A stretch of DNA of 64,000 bases from an uncultured delta proteobacterium (GTDB lineage: Bacteria > Desulfobacterota > Desulfomonilia > Desulfomonilales > Desulfomonilaceae), in NCBI GenBank assembly GCA_963789265.1, contig CAWBKB010000001.1, forward strand, positions 256,001 to 320,000, written 5' to 3'. The position numbers were made by a program, and so were the translations under genes. The notes beneath the pieces are model-generated. The model saw nothing but the letters and a program-made list of their open reading frames with translations. It was not told the DNA's origin and searched no databases. Positions 8,696 to 19,222 of this stretch are shown here, in pieces; the first letter of the stretch is position 1, and every line of letters starts with the position of its first letter.

Positions 8696-10530
8696 TTCGA
8701 GAAGGCGCAAGTAAGATGTTACGTCCCGCTTGCCTTGTGAAGACGGACCGACATTCCGGGAACAATCTCTTGTCAAACGCTCTTTCTGCAGAAAGATATG
8801 ATTCCGAAAGTGTCAACGATAAGCCGAAAGTAAAAAAAGATCGTCGGTTCGATTCAACGCACTTCACATTCCGTGACCGATGCAAACCTAACGGCATACG
8901 ACGTGCCTGTCTGATCTTCGCAACTATGTCGGTTGCTCTGATAAGTTTTTGCGCATACAAACGGACTTTGGCATACTTCTTCGCCGGGACCGACACATTC
9001 ACTCTCATTGAAACGGCCAGACTCACTTCGGCAAAAGATTTAATTAAGATTCTCTGCAACCCACTTATGGCAGGATCAGGTTTCGTTTCCCGGGCCTTGT
9101 TCTATAGGCCTGTCTCATCATTATCCTACAGTCTGGATTACTTTTTGTGGGGATTGAACCCCTTTGGTTACCATCTTACCAACCTGATCCTTCATGTCCT
9201 GGTAACCGCTCTGGTGTTAATTCTCGTCGTATCGCTGACCAACGGTGATGTGGTCAAGGCTTGGGCGTCAGCTCTCATTTTTTCCCTCCATCCGATTCTC
9301 ATTGAAAGCGTCCCGGCCCCGGACTGCAGACACGATCTTTTGGCAGCCTTCATCTTGGTCTCGGCTTTTATTCTATTTATTAGAGCTCGTGATGGCGGGG
9401 CATTCAGTAAGGTCGGATTCGGTTTGTCCGTTTTGTGTTACGGACTTGCCCTCGGTTCAAAAGAAATAGCCGTTGTGTTTCCATGTCTCACGTTCGCATA
9501 TATCTTGATATTTTCCGATCCTGGTTGCAAGAGATCAAGAAGAATTTGGGCGGCAACGAGACGAAGCGCCGTGTACCTGGGAGTGACACTCGTTTACATG
9601 GCTTGGAGAACCGTCATTCTGGGCGGACTGGGAGGGTATTCCACGGAGTCCGCTGGTTCCACCTTTTGCCACCGTGTGATGGATATTGTAGTCATGTATC
9701 TCAGAGATTTGGTATATCCGCAAGATTTCTTAAGCCTTTTCGGTACGATCTCCATGTCTTTGTTGATATTGTTGCTGACTTCTTTGGTCGCAGTCCACGG
9801 GTGGGATTTTCGGCAAAGTAGCGGAACGGACCAAGAATCCCATACCAAGCTGGCCCGATTCTTTTTGGTATGGCTCTGTTTGCCTATAGCGGTAATGGTG
9901 TTCACATTAACGTTCAGTCATCGAACCATGTATACTGCCGTCATTCCTTTCGCCGCCCTGCTGGGGTGCAATGTTGTAAGCGGCATTCGACACCACGCTA
10001 GTCTTTTAAAAGAAGTTCCCGGAAATCGTACCCTCGCAGGAATCCTCGGCTTGGTCAACATGACGGGATTGAGTTTTTCGGCCCTGGTGCTGAACGCCGC
10101 TTTGGTCGTATCGCTCCTCGCCTATTCTCCGTTGATACGGAGTTACAGTGAATGGGAAGCCAGCTCACAGATCGCTTCGTCACTATTCAAGAAATTGGCC
10201 GAAGTCATTCCCGCCCTGCCGCAAGACACCCTTATTGAGGTCCACAATCTACCTGCCGCTGTCCAGTCGTATCGAAGCGAGATTCCTCGGGCCAGAGAGG
10301 TCGGGTATTTGAATGGCTACAGCATAAAATCGTGGATCGATCTAAATTACCCGGGGAATCATATCCAAGTAAGCATTAACAGCAGACATTGCCCCCGTAG
10401 AACGCCCGAAGACATGCACCTGCTTGTTAAAGTGCTCGATAAAACAAACACAAGGCTTTCCGTATTGTTTGTCCATGATGCATCGGCTATGAGACCAAGA
10501 GCCGTGCAGTGGAGGTACGTAGCCAGATGA
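8692..10530 (+). CDS. Multi-pass membrane glycosyltransferase, GT-C-like (ArnT/PMT/TMTC-like); true start probably downstream
   Basis: FYRP..SLDY.LWGLNPFGYHLTNLILH and LGSKE motifs, about 12 hydrophobic segments. Confidence 0.7.
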   Translation: MIREGASKMLRPACLVKTDRHSGNNLLSNALSAERYDSESVNDKPKVKKDRRFDSTHFTFRDRCKPNGIRRACLIFATMSVALISFCAYKRTLAYFFAGTDTFTLIETARLTSAKDLIKILCNPLMAGSGFVSRALFYRPVSSLSYSLDYFLWGLNPFGYHLTNLILHVLVTALVLILVVSLTNGDVVKAWASALIFSLHPILIESVPAPDCRHDLLAAFILVSAFILFIRARDGGAFSKVGFGLSVLCYGLALGSKEIAVVFPCLTFAYILIFSDPGCKRSRRIWAATRRSAVYLGVTLVYMAWRTVILGGLGGYSTESAGSTFCHRVMDIVVMYLRDLVYPQDFLSLFGTISMSLLILLLTSLVAVHGWDFRQSSGTDQESHTKLARFFLVWLCLPIAVMVFTLTFSHRTMYTAVIPFAALLGCNVVSGIRHHASLLKEVPGNRTLAGILGLVNMTGLSFSALVLNAALVVSLLAYSPLIRSYSEWEASSQIASSLFKKLAEVIPALPQDTLIEVHNLPAAVQSYRSEIPRAREVGYLNGYSIKSWIDLNYPGNHIQVSINSRHCPRRTPEDMHLLVKVLDKTNTRLSVLFVHDASAMRPRAVQWRYVAR

Positions 10531-11240
10531 GAAATGGGAATCGCGTAGCCGTCATAATTCCGGCACTTAATGAAGAGAAAGCCATTGGAAAGGTGATAGC
10601 GGCCATACCGGAATGGGTCGATGATGTGATCGTTGTAGACAATGGCTCGACCGACAAGACACCGGAAATCGCAATCGCGCAAGGAGCATGTGTAGCCTTC
10701 GAACCTCGCCGCGGGTACGGTTCTGCTTGCCTGACCGGAATCAGGTACCTCGAGAATCCGGATATAGTTCTTTTCGTAGACGGCGACTTCAGTGACGACC
10801 CCGGTGAGGCTGACTTGTTGGTCGACCCAATTATAGATGGGACAGCCGATATGGTCATAGGCTCTCGTTTGTTGGGAAATCGAGAGTGCGGGGCGCTCAC
10901 CCCACAAGCGATGTTCGGCGGCTGGCTGGCCTGCAAGCTCATGGCCTTATTTTGGGGAGCGCAGTTTACCGACCTGGGACCCTTTCGCGCGATAAGGTTC
11001 ACCGCTCTCCGAGATTTGGGCATGAGAGATCCGGATTACGGATGGACGGTGGAAATGCAGATCAAAGGGGTACTCGCAGGGCTCAACGTTCAAGAGGTTC
11101 CGGTCTCCTACAGGCGACGGATTGGAAAGTCAAAAATTTCTGGAACGATCAGAGGTGTTGTCGGGGCTGGGTTTAAGATTCTCGGCACGATCTTCCTCGC
11201 GGCCATGAGCGCCCGGAAGCAACCGGGACGAAGTAAGTGA
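10527..11240 (+). CDS. Glycosyltransferase family 2 (polyprenol-phosphate mannose synthase-like)
   Basis: IIPALNEE, VVDNGSTD, GYGSAC, DGDFSD, DLGPFRAI, YGWTVEMQ. Confidence 0.92.
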   Translation: MRNGNRVAVIIPALNEEKAIGKVIAAIPEWVDDVIVVDNGSTDKTPEIAIAQGACVAFEPRRGYGSACLTGIRYLENPDIVLFVDGDFSDDPGEADLLVDPIIDGTADMVIGSRLLGNRECGALTPQAMFGGWLACKLMALFWGAQFTDLGPFRAIRFTALRDLGMRDPDYGWTVEMQIKGVLAGLNVQEVPVSYRRRIGKSKISGTIRGVVGAGFKILGTIFLAAMSARKQPGRSK

Positions 11241-11310
11241 CGGCCCAACGGAGAGGCGTGGACCTTGCATTCCTCGGGCGCATACCGTTGTCTCGAATTC
11301 CGGCGTTAGC

Positions 11311-12819
11311 TTATGGACGCCCATAAGTTTCCGGACACAAAGTCTTCTCCGATTTCAGTAGTTGCCAAGATACTAGAGACACAAAAGGCAAGTACTCTGC
11401 CCAGACCACGAGGTTGTCGAAGGTCGATGGATGGCCCACCCCTCGATAATAGTACACCAAGTAATACAACGGCAAACAGCAATTGAGGACCAGAAGGGAA
11501 GGCATGGGGGAGATTGCCAGGAAAGGTACGGCCCACAAGAAATACCACGGGAAAGCGGTAGGGCTGAGAAGGAATACCGCTGCAACGATGAGGAGACAGT
11601 GCGTCCAAACTTGCTTGGAATCTGCTGATGTATTCCCGGACAACCACAAGATCCAGAATGCCACAGCCACAAGTACCACACCTCGAGTTGTTATTTGAGT
11701 TAGGGACGTGTCCAGTGAAAGGCCGGCAAGGACGTACTTCACCCCCCAGGATATTAGCCTGTACGCCGCATCGTTCATCTCCCAATATCTGCCGTATGCC
11801 ACGAATCCGGAACTGCTATCGATCCCTGATAGGTAGACGGGGAGGAAGAGAATGGCGGACGCAATCCCAAACACTCCCAATGAAAAGACAAACCTTCGAG
11901 GTGCCTTCAGTAGAGGCCACAGAATTACAGGAAGCAAAACCAGAGGCCACAGCTTGGAAGCCACAGCCAATGCCAAGGTAATCGCAGCCTCCACCTGCCT
12001 ACCCTTGAGAGCCAGGACTATCGCAGCCAATGCGAAGGGCAACGCAATCACATCGAGATGCATGGTGTTGAAGATTTCCCTTACAACGAGAGGATTCCAC
12101 CAATAGACGGCAGCCAAAACGCATGGCAAGCGTAGACTTCGGAGCACGATCAGAAGGATTACAAGAGTGGCTACATCGAAGATTGCCAGGACAGTCCGCA
12201 GTGCAAACTCATTCCAAGGTCGCAATAAATATGCAGCGGCAAAAGTTGCTTGAGCTACCGGCGGGTAGATAGTCCTCAATTTCGGAAAGCTGACCCTGCC
12301 TATCACGTCACCCGATTCCCGGGCCAATCGGACGAGCGTCCTCGGAACGGGTGCTGTGGCTTCGATCGCTTGCTTGGGTGAGAAATCGAACGGATTTATG
12401 CCGTGCGCGAGGACTGCTCCGTCCCAAAGGTACCGATAGTAGTCATATTCCAGCATCGGTGTTGAAACAAACATGATTCCTCGCATGAAAATACCCACGC
12501 ATACGAGCCAAGGCAGGACATCATCCTTGGCCGACCGCTTAAACACTCCTCTCCAAACTGCGAACAAGAACACAGCGCCTGCTGCGAATTCGATGGCCAC
12601 CATTGTCACAACAGGCTGTTCCGATAGAGATCGATCATACCCGAACTGAGTCGATAAGAATGCCAACGCTGCGTGGCAACCGATGAGTGTTAGACCGGTA
12701 ACGCCCCAGAATATTCGAGGAGACATCTCCATTGAAGAAAGATATCTCAGCATGGAAATTATTTGATGTCCCGATTTGTCGGTCATTGCAAGTAGACGCT
12801 CCGTGATTTCGAAGCGCAC
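11311..12819 (-). CDS. Membrane glycosyltransferase, GT87/DUF2029-like; start uncertain
   Basis: DYYRYLWDG, TIYPP, YWWNPL..E....H.D and PWY motifs; multi-pass. Confidence 0.75.
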   Translation of the reverse strand: MRFEITERLLAMTDKSGHQIISMLRYLSSMEMSPRIFWGVTGLTLIGCHAALAFLSTQFGYDRSLSEQPVVTMVAIEFAAGAVFLFAVWRGVFKRSAKDDVLPWLVCVGIFMRGIMFVSTPMLEYDYYRYLWDGAVLAHGINPFDFSPKQAIEATAPVPRTLVRLARESGDVIGRVSFPKLRTIYPPVAQATFAAAYLLRPWNEFALRTVLAIFDVATLVILLIVLRSLRLPCVLAAVYWWNPLVVREIFNTMHLDVIALPFALAAIVLALKGRQVEAAITLALAVASKLWPLVLLPVILWPLLKAPRRFVFSLGVFGIASAILFLPVYLSGIDSSSGFVAYGRYWEMNDAAYRLISWGVKYVLAGLSLDTSLTQITTRGVVLVAVAFWILWLSGNTSADSKQVWTHCLLIVAAVFLLSPTAFPWYFLWAVPFLAISPMPSLLVLNCCLPLYYLVYYYRGVGHPSTFDNLVVWAEYLPFVSLVSWQLLKSEKTLCPETYGRP

Positions 12820-13023
12820 GCCCTCAGATTTTCTGACTCATATTATTCGAGTCACAACGGCATAAGAAGCAAAATCGTCCCCCAAGTCAAACCTCCAGGC
12901 CAAAGTCTCCTCCACATGTCTCGTAATGTATCAACGAATTAATCGGGTTCAGAAGTGCCTCACTGTTTCATGCAACCGTTGTCTCAGGCAGCTAATATCG
13001 GTTACAAGCAGATAAGAATTCTT

Positions 13024-13051
13024 GTGTAAGAATTTCCGCCCCCGGACGACT
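13024..13051 (+). promoter_or_regulatory. Candidate ECF promoter 2
   Basis: GTGTAAG-AATTTCCGCCCCCG-GACGACT, ~100 nt upstream of ORF 13149. Confidence 0.6.
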
Positions 13052-13148
13052 AACAGTAAAAAAATTGTCCCTGGGGCCAAAACCAGATAGATCCGGACGG
13101 CCTCGAAGGCAATGCTGGAAAAAAGTTTAGCGAAAGGGGAAGAAAACG

Positions 13149-13577
13149 ATGAAAATCCGCATGAACATGCTGGTATTTGTGGCTCTGGCTGCGGTTCTTG
13201 GCTTCGGCGCGGTTTCGTGGGTCGGAAGACAAAATCTTCCTTTCATGGCGGCCAAAGATAGTGCAAAGGCGACAGGTACCATCGATCTGAGTAATGATAA
13301 ACTGACGATCCAAGCTCATGGCCTGAAACCGAACTCTATTTACACAGTCTGGTTTGTGAACATGAAGCCTAAGAAAGAGCAGGCGGGGGCGGGCAAAGCT
13401 CCATTCATGTTCAAAACGGACTCGCAGGCCAAGGGTGCTTACAATGCGTCTCTTGCAAAGTCACCGATAGGCAAATGGAGTACGATAATGGTGGTGCGTC
13501 ATCCGAGCGGAGATCCAAAGTACATGAAATACATGGTCCCGGCTTTTTCGACCATGATCCCAAAATCCGGCAAATGA
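13149..13577 (+). CDS. Exported hypothetical protein
   Basis: Signal-peptide-like N-terminus, beta-rich GLKPNSIYTVWFVN segment, purine-rich RBS. Confidence 0.7.
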   Translation: MKIRMNMLVFVALAAVLGFGAVSWVGRQNLPFMAAKDSAKATGTIDLSNDKLTIQAHGLKPNSIYTVWFVNMKPKKEQAGAGKAPFMFKTDSQAKGAYNASLAKSPIGKWSTIMVVRHPSGDPKYMKYMVPAFSTMIPKSGK

Positions 13578-13707
13578 CACAGCAGGAGAGAGGGGATCCT
13601 CTCTCCGCCTCTTCTTCGCTAGCTTCTGTATTGTGACATTTACCCACTAGGTCTCAATGCTGCCGGCGAGACCTCAAGGTCTTGCGAGCTCCAAGAGCGC
13701 CCGGCTT

Positions 13708-14860
13708 TCAGCCGGCCAGTTGCCGTTGCCAACCTGCTATCCAACTTGGCATCCATTCCCCGACATCCACCGTCCCGGTTCCGAGTACGAAGTTCAGCGC
13801 CGGCTTCCAATAATCTTCAAGTGCCTGTTTCTTCATAAAAAGTCCAATATGGCCGCAATCGGGGATAGTGATCTTTAGTACCTCTCCGGAGACATACTGT
13901 GCCATATTGAATAGTTGCGGTTCCAGAGTAATGTCGTCGTTGGCTCCCACGATGAGTTACAACGGGGCAGGCAATGTTCTTGAGGGAAACATATTGGCCC
14001 AGGACTTTCAGCTTGCCTCGTACGAGTCTGTTTCGTTTGAACAATTCGTAGACGGCTTGCAAATACCAGGATCCGGCAACATCTTGAGTGTACTCGTACC
14101 AGGTCCGAAATCGGTGTGATCTTTCAACTATCTTGGGCTCGTTTATGTTCGTGAACAGTTTTAGGTAATCCCCGACGTACCGATCGTACACATTCATATT
14201 CTTAAATCCGGTCACAATGAATTTTCCCTTCATGACGCCAAGACCCATTTGCACCATAGACCAATAAAATTCCATAGGCAGACTCTGCACCATTTCTTGC
14301 AGCTTGCCGCCCCCGGCCGTGAAGTCGATAGGGGCTCCGCCGAGTATAAGCGATAAGACTTTGGCAGGGTAGAGAGACGCATATATGCTTGACAACCATC
14401 CTGCCTGACACAAGCCGATTATATGAACTTCGCCACCAATGAGGTTCACACAGTCTGAAACCTGGCGGACCAGGTCGTCGATTGTCTCGTCGCCTCTGGA
14501 AGGATCGGCACTTTTCCATTCCACTGCGTAAATCGTGCAACGGGAGTTGTGCTTGCACAACTCCACCAACGACTGTCCGGGCAAGGCAAAATCGGTTATG
14601 CAACTATGGTGCCCTGCCTGAGGGCCCAAAATCAGCAACGGAGGCCCAGATCTTTTCGGGGTGAATTGTCTTAACTTGATTGCCGCTGTCTCTAAAACCA
14701 CTATATTTTCGGACTGCCAGTCCGGCTTTTCAACTGAGAGCAGTTCTTGCCAGAATTTGAAGAGGCTCTGATAGAAACTCGCGTAATAGTTCAGCCACGA
14801 GAGCCCGAAGACGTCGCTCGAAGGTGAATATGAACTTGCATTTCCGTCACTTTCCATCAT
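13708..14860 (-). CDS. Alpha/beta hydrolase, PHA depolymerase-like, frameshift near 13955
   Basis: PQAGHHS, GLCQAGW nucleophile motif, APIDF, and GHIGLFM in the downstream frame. Confidence 0.75.
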
Positions 14861-15609
14861 GGATCGCATCCTTTCCGCAAAGCTCCAACCTGCGTACGAA
14901 CTTCTCCGCCCGCAGTGAATTCCTTGAAGCCTCGAAAGAAGCCCCAGTGCTCGTGCATCAGGCAGTCTCGCCGATGCCGGACATGTGCCTTCCCGAATCA
15001 AATGGGAGGCGTCACGCTTAAGCCTGCATTTCAGAAAATCTTAGTATTAGAGGTAGGATTCTACCGTAGACCACCGAGATGTAACGGACTGCCCCGGCCC
15101 CCAGACGTCCGGTCACGCCCATTTCGCAATCATGGTCCCGGTATGCGGTAACAGTGCTCTCTCCAGCCGTTGGGTATTCATCGAGAAAGCAACCGAGTGC
15201 TTTGACCATCGTGAAGCACTGATTTACCTATAGGTCACGTCGTAAGGTCAGTCAATCTTTTTCTTGCACGTAGGACTTTTCCCAAAAAGAGGAGCACGGG
15301 TGTCGGATTTTAAACGTGACGGCGGGGTGTTGTGGTTTTCATGAAGTGAAAAATGGAGAAACTCCTGGTAAAGGATTGTTGACGGAGCGGCCTGGAGTGA
15401 GGTACTCTCGGAAACACGACAAAATAGGTTTCTTCATCAACGTGATAACGGTTTTGCCTTTTTGGTGTGTTATGTGGGGGGGACTGCCCGGGGCTTTTTC
15501 GGGGTCAGGGGAACCGTTCTGCGACGGGACTCCGGCCCGGGGGCACCAGAATTGGCAGGACCGCGGCGTAATTCCAGTTCTTGGCTATTCAAGAGCGGTG
15601 AAGGTGATT

Positions 15610-16500
15610 GTGAAGCTCGATACCGATTGGGCCGGCATTTCCCTCAGAGAATACCATACGGATGTCACCTGGCGCCGTACCATGAATTATGCAGCCGCAG
15701 TCGGTGACCACAATCCCTGGTATTTCGACGATGACCGCGAGGGAGGTATCATAGCTCCACCGATGTTCAGCGTTGCTGTGACGTGGCCTGTTTCGGAGAG
15801 GATCTGGGAATACATTCAGGCAGAAGACTTTCCAACAGAAATCCTTGCCACCCAAGTCCACTTAAAGGAGCAGCTTATCTTCCATCGACCACTGCGCCCG
15901 AGCGACAGACTGACGATCAAAGGGTCTATTGCGGAGATCTCACCTCATAAGGCAGGCACGTTGGTCGTGATACGATATCAGGCTGTGGACGAGAAAGAGC
16001 GGCCCGTGTTCACCGAATATATCGGTGGTCTCATGCGAGGGGTCGAATGTTGCGGCCAGCCGAAGAGAGCCGAACCTGCGCCTAGCGTGCCGTCACATGA
16101 CGGGACGGCTCATCCTCCTCTCTGGGACATCCCCATCTTCGTCGATCCGATGGCTCCTTTCGTATACGATGGGTGCTCCAACATTTTTTTTCCGATTCAC
16201 ACGTCCTTCGCCTTCGCCCGGAGTGTCGGGCTACCCGGAATCATTCTACAGGGGACAGCCACACTGGCCTACGCGATCCGGGAACTCGTCGATCGCGAAG
16301 CCGAATGCGATCCTCGGGCCTTGCGTTCTGTGGCATGTCGTTTCAGCGGGATGGTTCTGCCGGGATCCGAAATTCGTGTAACTCTCTTGGATCGCAGATT
16401 AGATGACACAGGCACGGATCTATTCTTCGCCGTCCTCAATGCCACCGGATCCCCGGCCATCAGCGACGGGTACGCGCGTCTCGGACCCGCTGAAGGCTGA
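15610..16500 (+). CDS. Double hot-dog MaoC-family dehydratase; start approximate
   Basis: YAAAVGDHNP, PIH...FARSVGLPGIILQG, RFSGMVLPG. Confidence 0.8.
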   Translation: MKLDTDWAGISLREYHTDVTWRRTMNYAAAVGDHNPWYFDDDREGGIIAPPMFSVAVTWPVSERIWEYIQAEDFPTEILATQVHLKEQLIFHRPLRPSDRLTIKGSIAEISPHKAGTLVVIRYQAVDEKERPVFTEYIGGLMRGVECCGQPKRAEPAPSVPSHDGTAHPPLWDIPIFVDPMAPFVYDGCSNIFFPIHTSFAFARSVGLPGIILQGTATLAYAIRELVDREAECDPRALRSVACRFSGMVLPGSEIRVTLLDRRLDDTGTDLFFAVLNATGSPAISDGYARLGPAEG

Positions 16501-16546
16501 TCGAGACCGAGGGATCAGGCTTGGTTCGAAGTGATCTCCTGAGAAA

Positions 16547-18148
16547 ATGGAGGGAACAGTGAGCTGGGAAAGTCTGACTCAAACATGGCACTTTGTTGAG
16601 AAATGGGCGGAAGCCAAGCCTCAGGCCGAAGCAGTGGCGTTCGAGAACGATAGGCTTACCTGGGCTGATTTCAAGACCCACACGAATCTTATAGCCAAAG
16701 CATTTCTCGAAATAGGGGTCAAGAAAGGAGACCGAATTGCCATGCTGTCCATGGCGCGTACCGAGTTCTTGACTACCTTCATGGCAGCGGGAAAAGTGGG
16801 TGCTATCTGGCTGGGGTTGTCCCCTAAGTTCACCCTGGACGAGCTGCGATACTTGGTTGGGGATTGCGAGCCGGCGGTGTTCATCACGCTACGAGAATAT
16901 ATGGGCAACGATCTGGCCCCAATACTCAAAGCCCTGATGGAAGAGTTTACCTGTCTCAAGAAAGTACTTGTCATCGGCGTACCGTTTGAAGGAACCGAGC
17001 GGTTCTCGGAGTTTGTTAGCCGGGAGCGATCCGAAATGAACGCTGAGATGGAAGCGCGGGCCGCTGAAGTCGCGAACCGGGATCCAACGCTCCTACTCTA
17101 TACCTCCGGCTCAACGGGAAAACCCAAAGGAGTAGTGCACACACATTCGAGCCTTGTGGAAAACATCAAGGTCGAGGTGACAAAATTCTATTTGGGTGAA
17201 CAAACACGGGCGCTGCTTCATTTCCCCATCAATCATGTGGCGGCGGTCGTGGAGTTGGGTTTTGCCGTGGTCATGGCTGGAGGATTTCTCGTGTGCATGG
17301 ACAGGTTCGATCCGGCCGAATCGTTGAAAATGATTCAAAGGGAGAAGATTACGGTTCTCGGACAAGTGCCGGCAATGTATCTCCTCCAGTTCAAGGATCC
17401 TCAGTTTGCACAAACCGACCTGAGCACGATCCTGCATTTCCTGTGGGCGGGAGCGGCGGCTCCGAGGATAATGGTTGCTGTTCTGTCACAAATCTGTGCG
17501 AAGACAGGAGCCGCCATGATAACCGGGTACGGTAGGACCTGAGGTGTGCGGATTCGTGACTTACTCCGAGCAAGGTGACGATGTGGACAGGCTAATTCAT
17601 ACCGCAGGGAAGATTGCGAGCCCATTTGAACTGAAGATCGTAGATTCAGATAGCAAAGAACTTCCTGACGGAGAAGTGGGAGAAGTGGCAGTACGTGGGT
17701 CTTTTCTCATGAAAGGGTATTACAACAACCCCGAAGCTACGGCAAAGGTCATTGACGATGATGGATGGTACTACACTTCGGACTTGGCGTTCAGGGACTC
17801 CCACGGGTATATCCATTTGACCGGCCGAGCATCCGAAATGTACAAGAGTGGGGGCGAAAAATGTACCCCCGGGAAATAGAAGAGGTCATTGAATCTCACG
17901 GAAGCATCCTATATGCGGCTGTAATTTCGGTCCCGGACGAAGTGTTTCAAGAGGTGGGATGGGCATTTGCGATGCTCCAGCCCGGCAAGATGGTATCTGA
18001 AGAGGCTCTGCGCGAATTCTGCAAATCCAAGCTGACCAATTACAAGGTTCCGAAAAGATTCTTCGTACGGAACGTGCTGCCTTTACTTCCCACCGGTAAA
18101 GTCGACAAAGTGGCCCTACGAAACGAAGTCCCTGACGCAACTTTTTGA
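16547..18148 (+). CDS. Class I adenylate-forming acyl-CoA ligase, frameshifts near 17540 and 17870
   Basis: YTSGSTGKPKG; GYG.TE, YYTSDL and LPTGKVDK recovered across three ORF pieces. Confidence 0.85.
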
Positions 18149-18419
18149 TACAATTTCGCGTTCAGGAAACTGATCAACCCACATATTGGCCGGCAGGAAC
18201 GCCGGCCCTTGCCCGCGTCTCGCGGGATAGCGGCGAGCCTCCGTGCCCGCCGTATTATACTGATTCGCTTTGAAGCAAGTGACACCGTGTTTCCGGTGGA
18301 ACGGTTTGGTAGGGGCGGGTTTGAAATCCGCCCTTACGTGTCGTTATGCCCGCGTTCGCGGGCATCAATTGTAGGGGCAGACCCATGTGTCCGCCCCTAC
18401 ATAGACCGGATCGGAATCC

Positions 18420-18607
18420 CATAGGCGTTAACTTAAGGCAATTTCGTTCCTTTTCAGGAGGTCCATGCAGGCCGAAGCCGATCAAAGTCCCCCTTTTCTA
18501 AAGGGGGATTTAGGGGGATTTTCAAGCAGTTATCCCAAAATCCCCCCTGGCCCCCCTTTACGAAAGGGGGGAACCCTGCGTTTCGCGGGGTTAAGTTAAC
18601 GCCTATG
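18420..18607. mobile_element. 188-bp MITE with 17-bp TIRs and a 12-bp target-site duplication
   Basis: CATAGGCGTTAACTTAA...TTAAGTTAACGCCTATG flanked by GGATCGGAATCC at 18408-18419 and 18608-18619; near-identical inverted copy at 44158-44346. Confidence 0.88.
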
Positions 18608-18820
18608 GGATCGGAATCCGGGGTGATCCCGCGGAACGCGGGACAGGCAGAATGCCGGCCCCACCATATCCAGTCTGGCATTGTTAGTCGTTTAGCGGCG
18701 CATTGGTACTAGATCGAGATCGGATTGGCGGTGTACACCACAAGTTATTGCGCTGGCGCTTGAACTTTCAAAGCGCCGGTCTGTCATACAGGACGGGAAG
18801 ATTTGTCCCGGAGGTTGAAA

Positions 18821-19072
18821 ATGAACGTTGACTTGACAATTATACTTGCGATTACAGTAGTGGTCATGTGTAGTTTCGGATATTTGGCAGACCTGATCTT
18901 TGAGGACTGGAAGGCGATGGGAAAGACAAAAGCCGATCCGTTGAGTAAACTGAACAAGAAAGGGCTCCTACATCGTCAAAAGCCCATCCCCGACTGCTTT
19001 GGAGCTTGTATGAAAAAGTATGCGTGGGACGTGGACGAAACGTCTCTGTGCGCTTCAAAGTGCAAAGCATGA
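18821..19072 (+). CDS. Small membrane-anchored Cys-rich hypothetical protein
   Basis: GGAGG RBS; N-terminal TM segment; C-terminal CxxxC-13-CxxxC. Confidence 0.55.
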   Translation: MNVDLTIILAITVVVMCSFGYLADLIFEDWKAMGKTKADPLSKLNKKGLLHRQKPIPDCFGACMKKYAWDVDETSLCASKCKA

Positions 19073-19222
19073 TCTCTTCGGAGGATTATGTGGGGCTCTG
19101 CACGCACCTGGTGCTTGAAATTCGCAGAGTCCGCAGAATTACCCACTGTGGGAGTTTTTTTGACCTGACGGGATCCGGGTGCTAGCGCATGTTCCCGGAT
19201 CCACGTGCTTTTGGCGATCGTT

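Noticed and set aside
15430..15580. GC-rich stretch before the MaoC gene as a structured ncRNA
   Set aside because: No recognisable family motif or convincing stem set.
17540..17542. TGA ending ORF 16547-17542 as a fourth Sec codon
   Set aside because: The conserved GYG.TE.CG motif resumes in a different frame, so this is an indel, not an in-frame stop at a Cys position.
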